Source: Halocafeteria seosinensis
Taxonomy: Eukaryota
Length of the DNA stretch: 39,539 nt
Direction of reading: 5' to 3'
NCBI GenBank assembly: GCA_001687465.1
Contig: LVLI01000654.1
Span: forward strand, 1 to 39,539
The position numbers and the translations under genes are program-made. The notes beneath the pieces are model-generated. The model had not been told where the DNA came from. It saw nothing but the letters and a program-made list of their open reading frames with translations, and did no database searches. Shown here in pieces: positions 22,101 through 34,592 of this stretch (position 1 is its first letter; every line of letters starts with the position of its first letter).

Positions 22101-25100
22101 AATGCATTGCTCGCAAGACGTTACGTCGACACGCAAACTAAAATGGTCCATGCATGACCTAAGTAAGCTCTCGTCGATTCTCGCATCACTAGTTTTCGAA
22201 ACAATGTTCACTGCTAAGGATACCAATATGTGTGGGGAAGCAACTTGATATGTGACGGAATCACTTGTGGGACTCCCACAGTATGACTTAACTGTGGAAA
22301 AGGCACATGCGTATTGGCGAAGAAACGCCATCACATCATCCGTCGTGTAGTTTTCGTAAAAACTGGCAAATGCTTCTACTGCAGACACATTGCCCTCCAT
22401 CCCCAATAGCCTTCGCGTGGTATCCATACTCTCCCAAACGCTAACGAACACTCGGAGAATAGAGATTCCAACGGATTCCTCCTCCCAAGTAAGAGAAGTG
22501 ACATCATCAAGCGCAAATTTGATTCTTCGTAGCACCAAGAGCGACCTTGCAGCGGTGCCTATATTATTTGAGTGATCCTGCACATTCGAAAACCCGGCAT
22601 GCGACAGCAAAAGCTGTAGACCATCCAACGTATCTGTAGAGGTATACAACTCATGCACATCGTGAGTTACTTTGCTAGCTTCATCCGTTAGGCTGTTTCG
22701 TACAATATCCCATACATCGCATTTCTTGGTACAGCAACTAGAGGCAATTCCCACTAAGGGAGGCAGCAACGTCGGCAAGACACTGAGGGGGCCAGCCCCG
22801 AAAAACCTGTACGGCCATTTGTACCAGGGTATGTCATAAAGTTTTTCACAAATGAGCCAGAGATGGGAAAACAACATGTCCGAAGAGGACAAATAGCCCG
22901 CAGCGTCGCTGAGTTGGTTAAGTAAGGGCTCCATCAATCTCAGGTCATGGGAAGAGCAAGCACAGGCCATACGGAAGATCGCGGGTAATACTTCCGGCAA
23001 TAATGAAGGATTGATCTCTCCAATAGACGCTAAAAGAATTACCGATCTGTTCGCGTTCCAAGACCTTGAGAGAGTGCTTTCACTAATTTGTAGATTCGTT
23101 TCTTGATCCACCCCGAAAAGTAATTGTAGTTCATTCTGGGCATCTTGAGCGTTGCCGCTTCGGGAATCCTCTTCGCCAAGCCGTATCACCATGTCAGCGA
23201 GACCTTCAAAGTCCGCAAATTGCGAGAGCTTACCAATGATTGCGCAAGCCACCGAAGCAACGTCAGTAGACAGCGGAAAATGCACAAATTCAATTAAGGT
23301 GCGCAGCAGTTGGTTCAAGGATTTGTTTTCTCTCTCTAGAGCGCCCACAACATCAATTTCTCCTGGAATGTGGTCGATGCAATTTGCAACGATCGTTAAG
23401 GATTTCATCCGCTCCCTACTTGTACAAGGAAAGGCAGAGCTGGCGACGACGAGATCATGAACTATTGACCATACTTGGCAACCAAACATTGCATGTTTCT
23501 CTTCACTTTCAAAAACCCAGAAAGGATCGACGCCGTGCTCAATGGACAAAATTCGCCTTCCTTTATTCAATACCAGGCTTGGTTCTGCCTCAAGTAGGTG
23601 AGACACGCAGCGCTTTACATTTTCTGTAATTTGATGAAACGGGCAAGACTCAACAAGTCCGGGTCGAGACCCTAAGGCCATAAGCTGAGCGTCATCATAA
23701 AGGTAACTGATTCCTGCCGTGCCTACCGCTAACGCCGCCCTACAGAGCTGGCGTAGCCGCTTTCCGCGGATATACTTTACATCCCGCAGAAGGGCTTCTA
23801 GATCGCCAGTCTCAGCAACGCCAGCAGCATTGCGGCGACGAAACGCTCTGAGAGTGGCAACGACCAAACTAGAGTCTTGCACAATGGTCGACTTTGTGAT
23901 TGACCCAATAAGCGTTCCTAAGCTGGAGACGGGCGATGCAGTCCATTGACAGAGATACACTAAACACTGTGTAAGATCCAGCGCTCCCAGTGGAGAGTAG
24001 CTCACAGTGGAAAGATTGGACTGGAGGAGTTGGTCTAAGGATACCTTTGCGTTGTCGACATATGAAGTAGTAAGCACGTATGGCTTGAGCGAGCAGAATT
24101 CTCCAAGCACTTCGGTGCTTTGCGCCAACAGTAAACAGGAGAGAAGTGAATCAGCCAAATTACCAATACTATTCAAGGAATATGCCTGTGCATCCGCTAC
24201 GTTGAGGTCAAAGTGGTCGACGCTCGCACTCTCTGAATACTCAGAGATCGAAGAACCCGAGAGAACACAACGAACGTTTACTCCACGATAAGGCGCTTCC
24301 TTCTCAATTTCCCATGTTAAACGATGACCGGTTCGAGACTTTAGTTTCACGAATTTGAGACCACTTTCGTCAACATGACGCTTCCACCAAGGTTCACACT
24401 GAGGAAACCATTTAGAGCTTGCTCTTGATGAGGAAAAGAAGAAGTCTGTCAGTATCGCCAGGGAAATGCGCATATACCTCTTTGTCTCTTTTGTAAACCA
24501 CCGATCTACACTTTGGGGAGCCACGCTGATAAGAAGATAAGCCATTACATCACACATGTTAATTGCTCGCAGTAGATTTTCAACACTCCTCATTATCATT
24601 GACCGCTGCTCTGCGGAACCTTCTAGCAAGAGAGTTGGAAGCAGAGCGTTAACATGTTTAAGTATCTTCTGCAAATGGGCGTTCACTGATAATGCATGTT
24701 CCTCAACTGCTCGAGTTGCCTCTTCACCGACGTTAGCCAAACTAAATCGTCTGATGACCTCGATGGCCAAAGGATACGACAACATATACCCAATGTCCAA
24801 TAGACGAATCGCTATCGACATCTCTGAGTCGACGACGGAGTCTTTCTTCATGTCCTTAACATCTGGTAGTTTCTGGCTGTCATCCGTTGCAACAGTGATG
24901 CTATATACAGTTGAGCCGCGAACCAGCTGGTCGCATTTCTCCGCAGCTTGATCCAAAAGCTTCGCGAAGTTATCCTCATGGTATGACAATTTAGTAACTT
25001 CATGCTCATCTTCCTTAGCTTGGGTTGACTCAAACGCGTCCTCTTGCTCTCGATGAAGGAAATCTGAAATGAGCGCAAAACAACTGGTCTCTACATGTTG

Positions 25101-27557
25101 ACCCGAGCTAAAACTGTCTACGATGTCTTTAACCAAATGCAGCACTTTCCGTGTATCACCTAGCGATGCCAAAATTGTACACTGGGCCTTAGCAGCATGT
25201 TTACAGGCTTCCGGTAGTGTCTCATGCAGTCCTCTATAAGCTCGTGTACCACAGTCAACGGAGACATTCCCGATAATTCGTAATATATTCAAAAAGGGGT
25301 ATATTCGGAGTATCTCGGTTTCCTCAGTCAACTCATTTGTATCATTGGAACCAATCAGCTGGAAACTTAAACCCACGCAGCCCAAGAAAACTTGTAAGCT
25401 TTGCACCGAGTACGTTACATGACCATAACTGTTTTGTTGGAGCAACTGTAACGCCCAAGAAATTTGCAGTTGCCTTGAGGACTTCAACAATACCACTTGG
25501 GATAGTTCGGACAAAATTTCCGACGGATTGCTTGGAGTACTTTCTTCAAATGTGCAAGGTGGCACGCCATTCCCTTCTTGAGCCCATGAAGTAGTTGTAT
25601 TCGAGAAAATATCAGACGCACTCTCTATTAAAACCTTAAGTTTTGCTTCCAGTTCCAGCTTTACGTGCCGTATGCCGGATTCAAGATCACACCGTTGGCT
25701 AACTATATCGGCGACATGCTTTCTATACCGTTGCTGCATTAAGTAGCCTGCTAAGCCGTTCAGTGACTGCTTCGTACACTCAGTCTTGACACAAGGGCAG
25801 GTATACTGTTCAACCGCTTCCATGTTCTCATGGGCACATCGTAGCAAGGAAAAAAAGTCTGCCAATACAGGCGAGCAGTGCTGCAGTAAACCAGCGAGAT
25901 TTTGGTAGAGTTCTTCTACAATACCGCCAGCAAGTTGCATTTTCAGAAGGTGTGTGAAGCGTGTCCCTAGGCTGCTTCCTGCGATGTTACATGCTGCTTG
26001 CACACACAGTCGCATGGTCCTGTACACGGTTTGACTCTCGCCGCGGGCCAAGCCATCATTCGGTTTCCCTAAGTTGGCCAGGTACGGGGAATAAGTTTGA
26101 AGAAAGTTCTCATACAGTTGACGGGTGACGCTTCCAACAGAATGCATAGTAAACGATCCTTGCGCGTCTCGTAAAACCGCTACACACAAGCACCATTCAA
26201 GCGCCTCACGGAGTTCAGTGTGAATTCGATTTGTACCACCCATAGGAAGACCCCAAAGCAGTTTCATTACATTTATCGTCGAGTCCACACATAGCTCACT
26301 CACCCACTGCTCTGAACTGCCCACACTCTGTAGAGTTGCAGACGTATACCTTATTGCCTTGGTACAAAATAGACGATCGTTTTTAAAAGCGTCGTGCTGC
26401 AGAGTCCGGGACACCATGTTGTTGAGGATATCCACAAGCTCACGATTCTCAGCTAGCTCGGATGGGCCAAAACGTAACACACTCTCTGTGAACGAGTCGA
26501 CAACAAGCGAGACAAAAGTCTTATGGGCATCGGAGCAATTCACAGGTCTGAAAGATTTGAGGACGGAATTAATTGTTGCCCCGAAGACTTGAGCAAAGCC
26601 ACTATTCTCCTCGAAAGGGTAGCGCAGCATGGCATCCCACGAGCACTGAACTAGCCCAGCTGATTTTGTCCCCAAACGAGCAAACATCTTTGTTTGAGAT
26701 TGTTCTAGTTTGCTACCGGGATTAAACACAAATTCACGGCATATGGTCAGAAGCTGTACGCAGTGACGTTTGAGTATGACACTCCCCAGACTGAGAAGAT
26801 TTCGCCTAGAAGAGAACAAGACACCGAGGATGCCATGAATATCAACCAGAACATTAGGGTTGATCTGGTTCATATACTCCTGAAACGTATACACTGCATA
26901 AAATATCACTCTCAAAGTACAAGATTAGAAACTGGCCAATAATCTTTTGCTGTGTGGACGGCCACTTACGAAGCTGAAGCGCACTCTGCGTCGTTTGAGG
27001 TATACAGACAGCTTCCATTCCAACGGGGTTGCTCGCTTTGGTCGACGTTGCCAGTGTGTCAACGACGCGGCGTAGAGCCCGAATAACTTCAGATACCGCC
27101 GCTTCCTTGATAGCACCTCCTTTTTTGGTGGGTTCCAGTGACGCCATGCAGCATTCATGGACCACGTCCACTGCCGTTTTGAGGAGTTCATCCAGATCAC
27201 CGTTGACATGCTTCGAAATAAAGCTCTTGGAACTGCGAAAGCTTTTTGCATTTTTCGATTCCTCGCTTAGCTGCTGGCAGTGTTTGAAAAACGGGGATTT
27301 GTCCCTTCCTCGCCCTTGGCTCGTGGCTGGAACTCCATACAGCTGCATAACAAGGCATACCATAGCCCACTCGACCCTTTCGCGAATAAGGCAGAGTTCC
27401 TTACCTGCCGAAGAAAGGAGCATGAGGGCTCTGAAATCCTCTCGTGGAACTCATTCAGCCGCTTCTTGAGGGCCTGCGATTGGGTACGCTTCACATGGCG
27501 AAATCCTTCAATGAATCCAAACACTTCATCCCGGACGGACTCCGTCTCCGACTGCAT
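16118..27557 (-). CDS. ATM: ATM/Tel1-type PIKK Ser/Thr kinase, ~3746 aa, 4 exons
   Basis: Introns 27343-27404, 26894-26969 and 16937-16997 give an 11241-nt CDS. SGITAPKILKCFGSDGRKYKQLLK, GIGDRHTSNILLD...HIDFG, PEVVPFRLTRDIVDGMG, FATC LSVERQVQSLITSATD..NLAKMFHGWLPHL. The N-terminal exon boundaries are less certain than the kinase call. Confidence 0.9.
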
Positions 27558-28113
27558 CTTTTCTTTTCCCCCTCCCCTTGAGGAGAGCAAAGCGCACAGG
27601 AAAAATTAGAAAAAAAAAGAAACCGAAGATCAATACATCATGCCCCTCTCGACTCGCCTCGAACCTAGGGGCTCCAGTCTGCAGGCAAACTTCCTGACCT
27701 CCTCGAGAGTCTAGACTCGAGTCCGCTCCAACTTCAACTTGCCGTGAAATTGACTGTCCCGGAGCAACCAATACAGCCAAGGTCGGTTAGATAGTATAGA
27801 GATGATCATATTTTGAGGCAGGGCCTCTTGGTCTTCTTCAGGGAAAGAAACAGCGCCTGTGAATAGAGAGAGAGGACCCGACCGTACGACCTTTGGCCTC
27901 GCCGCATAGGTTTGTCGACTCTATAGTGCGTATTTTCAAGGTATAAAAGTTTGTTACATATGTATTGATATCCATCACTATCTCCATTAGTTTGATTGGC
28001 CGTTCTAACTGTTCACATCAAGGGAGAGAGGGGAAAAGTTGTCAACCTTGCGACCAACTCGACTGGAAACCACCTATTCCGGGCATTTATTAATTATTAC
28101 AGGCTATCCATAG

Positions 28114-30043
28114 ATGACCGAGGAGGCGGAAGACTCTCTCCGTAATGGTGAGTCCAAGGAGCAACCGGAACGACCGGCTTCCTCCTCTCGGAAAGAGGAG
28201 AAACAGTGGTCTAAACCACCACCCCTCTCTGCGAGACATCAACGCGCGCAAACGGCAAGAAGACAGGGGCAAGTAGCGCAAACCCGAGCTTTCAACTACA
28301 ACGGCCCTTCACGGCGGCCTGTCTCGGCGACGGCCCCTCGGAGAGTGAAATGGGAAGCCAATCCCGACGAGGAACTGAAATTCGAAGCTCATTTAGTTGC
28401 TACGCAACAGGCGGCAGCTCCGACCCCGAGAGATAGAACTCCAACGTTAAGGAGGTTCAGGTGCCGAGACCTCCTCTCATCACATGCGCAGCGTGTGGAA
28501 CGAGCGGAGGACTTGGGGCGCGCTGATTACACCGAAGCTCAAATTGCAAAAGAAGTAGTGCGGTGGCAAGTCCGTGAACGGGAAAGTAGGAACAAAGAAC
28601 GTCGGAGGAAACTAGTAAGTTGATATCGTGCGGAAGAACGGCAATTATTCACTGTTCAATATTATAACGGTGTGTGTTACTTTCTTTAATGCTGATTGAT
28701 GTGGATGCTACAGGAAAAGGAATCAGTGAACTCGGCGAGACCAACAAGTGGGTTTTCCACACATCGTCCCGAAACTGCGGACGAGTGGGTTATTAACAAC
28801 CTATGGCAGAGAAGGCGAGAGGAAGAATTAGTTCAATATAGAAACAATCTTCAGGTGAACCAAGCCCTAAATGAATGGCAGACCCACAAAAATCGCTTAG
28901 AAGAGGAGATACAACGGCGGATCGAGACTCGGAGGAGACCATTCACCGAGCAAACGGACAAGACGTTTAAATATGGCACCACTATTCGAGATATGTTTAC
29001 TCCAGTGGAGAAGTCTGAAGCAAAGTATGATGATTTTGAGGCGTTAAGTATAGAATCATTTTCTGACGAGGAGAATGAGGAGGCAGACCAAAAGCAAGAA
29101 CATGATGAGGGGGAGGAAATGGAGCAAGAGGGCAAGGAGCAGTCGCCTGAAAGGCCAAGCAGCCGTCGCCCGTACACCCCACAAGCTCGAGGAGATGCAG
29201 CGGCGCTGGATATAAGTACTGCACGACCAGGAACCACAGACACAGAGGGACGCATCTCGCATAGACGACGGTCCAAACAATCCTCCGCTCGACACAAGTC
29301 ATCCAGGGGGCGAAATCGGCTTCAGTCCCCAGTCATTATTCCTCGGAAAGGTGGTGTTACAGACCAAAGTGCGCGAGAAGATACCGATCGTTCTGAAAGG
29401 CATCGCCCACAGTCAACCCTCCGAATGCTCGGCAGTCGGGCCGAGTCTCGAGATGCTCGTCCGTCTACTGAAGGATTGGCGAATAGAAAAACCTGGTACA
29501 CTGCAGATGACGAAGTGCCTGCACCTAGATATGAAAACCCTACATGGCAAAACAAGCTTACAAAGTGGTCTGAAGCTACCCAGGAACAGAGCATTGAGGA
29601 AGCAGAAGCCTCTTATCGGTTGCTACGCAAAGCGAACATCAAGGGTGTTGATCCTCAGGTATTGAGAAGGTAAGGGACCGAGACTCTCTTGCTGATTATA
29701 CATCGCATGTTTATACGGAGTTTGTTGCAGAGCGCTTGTATTAGACACTGTAGACGTTCCCGAGGATGACGAGGAGAAGAAGAAAGATGAGGGCACTATT
29801 CCAGAGGCGTCAGAGGAAACAAACGATGAGAATAAACAGGAGTCGAGTACAGGCAAAGCCGGAGGAAAGGGAGAGGGAACCGAACGCCAAAGCGAGCGAC
29901 CGACTACGGCACCAGCATATATGACGACGTTCGGTCTCGGGTGTCCCGGCTCGTTCCTACCAAAGAACCCATTTCTTGAAGAAAAGAAGGCACTTTACGA
30001 TCCGCCAAAAAGCAATAAAGGGAAGAAAGGCAAAAAGAAATAA
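28114..30043 (+). CDS. Uncharacterised low-complexity/coiled-coil protein, ~589 aa, Lys-rich C-terminus
   Basis: Introns 28615-28713 and 29670-29730 give a continuous frame ending PKNPFLEEKK...KGKKGKKK-stop. Many RP[AST][ST] motifs. Confidence 0.75.
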
Positions 30044-30093
30044 GATCACATATAGCGACCCCTGTTAACACTTATGTATTTTGGTTACGCCAA

Positions 30094-30956
30094 CTACGCT
30101 TCATTCGATACTGCTTCGGCACTTTGCCGTTCTTCATGGCGTGGTTCCCCCGTGGGAGCTGATGGTATGCCTTCTATATCAGTAGACTCTGCAGTGGCAG
30201 AAGCTGTATTCGTGTCAAACTCGGTCCCTCCCAGGGCTTCTTCCATTCCTCCTTCGGCTTCTATTTCATCACCGAGCGCATCCAGTTCGGCGTCAAGCTC
30301 TGAATCCTCAACTTGATCAGGAAGTCTGTACCATTCAAAGAATGAAGTGGGGGTTCACTACACTGGAAGTAGCATATTAACTACCAGTGCGTACCCATAA
30401 CTTCGGCTCATTAAATCGCTAACATCCTGCACATCTCCTAAAATTTCCTCCATATCATCTTGAGCGTCTTCAAACTCGTCTATATTCAACTCTTTATGTT
30501 GCTCCTTTAATTGGTGCATGGCCGCTTTCTGAGTTTGTAAGTTTTCTTGCATGAATTTCGTGTTTTCGATGGCGAATGTCGTCTGACGCGCAAATCACAC
30601 ATTGTAAGCACATTTCAATTTTCACCTTGTTTGAACACACATACTTGCTCGATTTGGTTCATCGTGGAATATGTACTATCCAATTGCCCTTCCAGCATTT
30701 TCCGGCGTTGTAAGACTTGTTTCATCCGATTTTTAATGCTTTTTTGTCCCGCCGGGGACTTTGTATTCGCGAGCTGCCTCTTGTACTCGGCTAACTGTTT
30801 GTTACACTCATTGTATTTGGCCTCTATCTGCTTCGCTCGGTCCTGATGGCGCTGTACAGTGGCTTCTAAGTCCACATTTTTGGCAGCCTCAGCCTCTTCA
30901 GCAGCCTTTCTCTCCTTCTCAGAAGGCTTTTTCTTGTACCCAAACACGCGATGCAT
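30094..30956 (-). CDS. CHMP5: ESCRT-III Snf7-family protein CHMP5/Vps60, ~243 aa
   Basis: Introns 30583-30644 and 30326-30394. MHRVFGYKK, IKNRMKQVLQRRKMLEGQ, DVSDLMSRSYGLPD..EDSELDAELDAL. Confidence 0.9.
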
Positions 30957-31062
30957 ATTCAACTGTGGCCTCTCCTGCTACTATGAAAAATACATCAAAA
31001 ATAGACCTGTATAACAAGCACAAAAGAGCCTCTATCATCTATCTCACACGTCGTAGACTAGT

Positions 31063-31085
31063 AGTTGAAGTTCGGAACTTCAACT
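31063..31085. repeat. Perfect inverted repeat AGTTGAAGTTC-G-GAACTTCAACT
   Basis: 11-bp arms with a 1-nt spacer, in the divergent CHMP5 / RNA-ligase intergenic region. Confidence 0.85.
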
Positions 31086-31641
31086 TCAACGACGTGAGAC
31101 AAACTTCTTTGCCATGGAATCCTACAATGTACCAAGACTATCGACCCCGTGTCGGTGTTACGCTCCAGTAGTGGCACTGAACAATCTAATTGCAAGTGTC
31201 ACTAGTTTGGTTTGAAAGGGTGTTGATCTGTTACTACCGGTATTTCACAGCAACCAACTTCCGCATGATGACACGAAGTTTGATAACTGGTTTGCTTTGC
31301 TCATGGAGAGTTTCGAGAAAGAAGTATGTCTTCTAGACTACATACGCAACGTAGATCGATTTCACCATAGAAGGCAGAGCGAAAACGTCTGCATTGCTAC
31401 ATGCAACACAAATCTCGCCACCTTATGACTGTCGGTGGTTAATGATCCCAACGTTAGAAGTTAGAGTGTTAAAAGTGTTGTCGGAAACTGACGAGAAATC
31501 GTATGGACGAGAGAAATGCTTCATAGAGTTACAATAACTAAGTCAGAAGTTGTTCACTTCTTAATTGCACCGACAATATCTTAGTCGTTACTCAGCTGAT
31601 TACCTCTGACTACTGAGCAATCGTTCCAACACTGAAGTAGG

Positions 31642-32682
31642 ATGAAACTTGCAACGGTTGAAAAAGTTGCGCATCTAGAACCAATTCCCGACGCTGATAG
31701 GTTGGAACTCGCCACTGTGTTGGGCTGGAGATGTATCGTGAAGAAAGGAGACTTTAGCATAGGTGACTGGTGTATCATGGTCTATATTGACGCGGAAGTT
31801 GATGTAAATAGTGAACCGTTTTCTTTCTTGCCCACAAAGCAGGCGAATAAGGAGGGCTGGCTGCGGATTAGGACCATCAAACTGCGCGGAGTGTATTCCC
31901 AAGGTCTAGTAATTCCCACCACATGGTTGACGATAAATTGTCCCACAACGGAATTAGAGGAGAGTCTCGATCTATCAGAGACCCTCCCCATCAGGAAGTA
32001 TCAAAAGCCTGAACCTAAACCATTCAAGGGCAACATGGGTACTCCAGTTTTTGATTCCGCTCCTTTTCCCACTCACCTCGTTTCGAAGACCGACGAAGAG
32101 AATGCAAAATCTAATCCCAAGACACTTCACGAGTTCGAACGACTTGAAACATACATCACTCTGAAACTCGACGGGAGCTCGCTCACGGTAATCCACAATG
32201 AGGGCAAAACGTTAGTGTGTTCCCGTAATCTCCAACTCTTGTCAGGACGTCATGATATGCTCAGATACGCTGAGAACCAACGGCTTGAGGAACGGCTGAC
32301 GGAGTATCGGCGCAATGTGGCAATACAAGGCGAATTCGTAGGGCCAGGGATAAACAAAAACCGTCTGGCGCTGTCGGAGCATGACTGGTATATCTTCACC
32401 ATCAAAGATCTTGACACAGGTCGCAACTTGGGCCTCTACGAGATTTCGGAAATCTGCGAGACCCTGGGTCTAAAACTGGTACCCTTGTTGGAGAAGTTTA
32501 CATTTGAACCCGAGGCGTGGACTCTCGACTACCTCCAGGAGTATGCAAACCAGACTACATACCCAACAAGTGGAAATGTGGCGGAGGGAATCGTCATCCG
32601 TCCTACCGCGTCTACGTACAGTCCAACGCTTCGGAAGGGTTTGAGTCTTAAGATCATTAACCAGCAGTACAAGGATACATAA
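31642..32682 (+). CDS. ATP-dependent RNA ligase, DRB0094/Rnl5 family, 346 aa, intronless
   Basis: N-terminal OB module KLAT...IPDADRLELATVLGWRCIVKKGDF...RIRTIKLRGVYSQGL. Nucleotidyltransferase motifs I KLDGSS, Ia VCSRN, III IQGEFVG, IIIa YIFTI, IV EGIVIR, V LKII. Confidence 0.92.
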   Translation: MKLATVEKVAHLEPIPDADRLELATVLGWRCIVKKGDFSIGDWCIMVYIDAEVDVNSEPFSFLPTKQANKEGWLRIRTIKLRGVYSQGLVIPTTWLTINCPTTELEESLDLSETLPIRKYQKPEPKPFKGNMGTPVFDSAPFPTHLVSKTDEENAKSNPKTLHEFERLETYITLKLDGSSLTVIHNEGKTLVCSRNLQLLSGRHDMLRYAENQRLEERLTEYRRNVAIQGEFVGPGINKNRLALSEHDWYIFTIKDLDTGRNLGLYEISEICETLGLKLVPLLEKFTFEPEAWTLDYLQEYANQTTYPTSGNVAEGIVIRPTASTYSPTLRKGLSLKIINQQYKDT

Positions 32683-32777
32683 GGATTTAATCATCCGTTG
32701 AACTAACATTCCCTTTACGTAGAATATACAAACTTTCTTCAAATGTCTTAAGGTGTTTCGACAAAAGCTCTTTACTC

Positions 32778-34592
32778 TCAGCTCGGAGCTTTTTCCTGTT
32801 TCTTGGGCAACCACACCAACGCCAGCGGGCCTGCGACGAACTGGCAGACAATTGCAAGTATCATTGGAGTCGAATACGCCTTTTCTAGGTTGCTAACGGA
32901 GTTGTCACCAGCCAAAGCCTGCAATATAGTGACGTAATAGTCTGTTACCCCGTAACCAATGGTTTGGCGGGTTTCTCTCTTACCGAAATAATTGGTCCCA
33001 GTACTAGCGCTGCCAACAACTGCGGTACCACTGTCTGTGCCAAATATAGCAAGTTTGTTGCAAATGCAGTATATTTTGAGCTTCTTATGTCCTGTGCTTG
33101 TTCTGATGGAACCTCCGCATATAACTCGTCGATCAGAGCGTAAGGGCACTGCAACAATACAACATTCCAAAAACCCTTATCATTCCCTGATGCCGGCTCT
33201 GTCTAGAAGGTGACTTACAGAGTTGTTGACTGCATGGGATATTCCCAACAAAGGCACAAACACCACAGTAGCCGCAGGTGTACTCGTAGTAAGGTGGGCG
33301 ATCAGCAATCCGACGGCGCTGAGAAGCTGACTACCTATATAGCACAGCTTCATTCCCCACTCTTTCAATGCCTTTGAAAGGACTAGCGATGTGACAATTC
33401 CCACCGTTGCGACCAGTCCTAATGTCAGAGATCCAAGATGTAATCCAGTGATATACTTTTGATGGAGTTCGCTGTCGGAGGGAGTTTTAGGAGAGCCCTG
33501 TTCAACAACGGTGCCAAAATACGCTGCGCCATACTGCCAGAGAGCCCATATAGGCATCCATCCAATAAGTTGCTGGACGCACAATCCATAAAAACGTCGT
33601 CCAAGCCGAGGCCATGCGGCAAACGGTGAAGATGTGTTTTCTGCGGTAGTTCTCTGGCCGGTATCTTTACTCGATGTTTCCTCCGACTCTGCAGCACCAC
33701 CGCTGCTCTTGCTTCTGCGAATTCTTTGTGTCTTCCATACAAATAACCAAATGCCTGGAACGAATAACAACAGCGCTAGTCCTACCAGAAAGAGTGAGTC
33801 TCCGTTGGCTACCCCCAGATGGGATGAAAAGCCTGACCAATCAATGGCACCAAGAAGATACCCAACTGCGTTTCCGGACGAGCTTGCAAACGCAAGAACT
33901 GTGTGTCCTGACGTCCTGTCATGGGCTTTTTCTTCTTCCTGCGGTTCGGATTCCACAAGTGTTTCCGTGTCTGGGTCAGATGCTGACGCTGAAGCAGTCG
34001 TGCTCGTTGGGAATCCCAAGTCATCCGGATCACCGTAGCGGGGTGGTCCCTCCTGCTCCAAGAGGCGCGTATCTTCTGTGTAGACTTCTTTATGGTCAGA
34101 AGACAAATCTGTGACTAAACCACGTTGAAATTCTTCGTTGGCGGAATTGCAGAAGTCTAATCCAACAAACGCCAGCGTGAGGAATCCAAGGACTACATAC
34201 TGCGGACCTCCAGAAGAGCTATTCTCATCCTCATGCGAGCAGGATCTTTCGTCCGAGAACAAACATCCGAACGTGGATGCCAGCGGGATAATCACCAGAA
34301 AAATCACGGATAACCCTGAGAAAACTAGAATAAAAGGCAATCTCTGCCCGTATCTTGAGCTTGCGACGAGTCGATCCGACCACTGTCCAAAGATTGGACT
34401 CAGGATAATCTGTAATATCGGACTCGGCAACCACGCGTAGGAAGCGAGCAAGTCCCCCATGCCATGCTGCAGCAACAGGGATAGCATAAACACGTACTCG
34501 ATCGCCCATGAGATCTGCACGACTATCATACCCAGAGCCGCGGCCCACCAAGTTTGACATAAGCGCTTCACAAAGTGATACCACGACGCCAT
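32778..34592 (-). CDS. MFS GPH-family sucrose/H+ symporter-like transporter (SUT/SLC45), ~559 aa
   Basis: Introns 33149-33218 and 32919-32983. VQISWAIE, WLPSPILQIILSPIFGQWSDR..SRYGQRLPFI, LDFCNS; many hydrophobic helices. Confidence 0.85.

Noticed and set aside
16503..27469. Many antisense and alternative-frame ORFs inside ATM and other genes
   Set aside because: Shadow ORFs of real coding sequence with no independent motifs.
9679..32682. RAD51C, ATM and RNA ligase as a nucleic-acid repair cluster
   Set aside because: They are separated by unrelated genes; co-location is plausible by chance without synteny or co-expression data.
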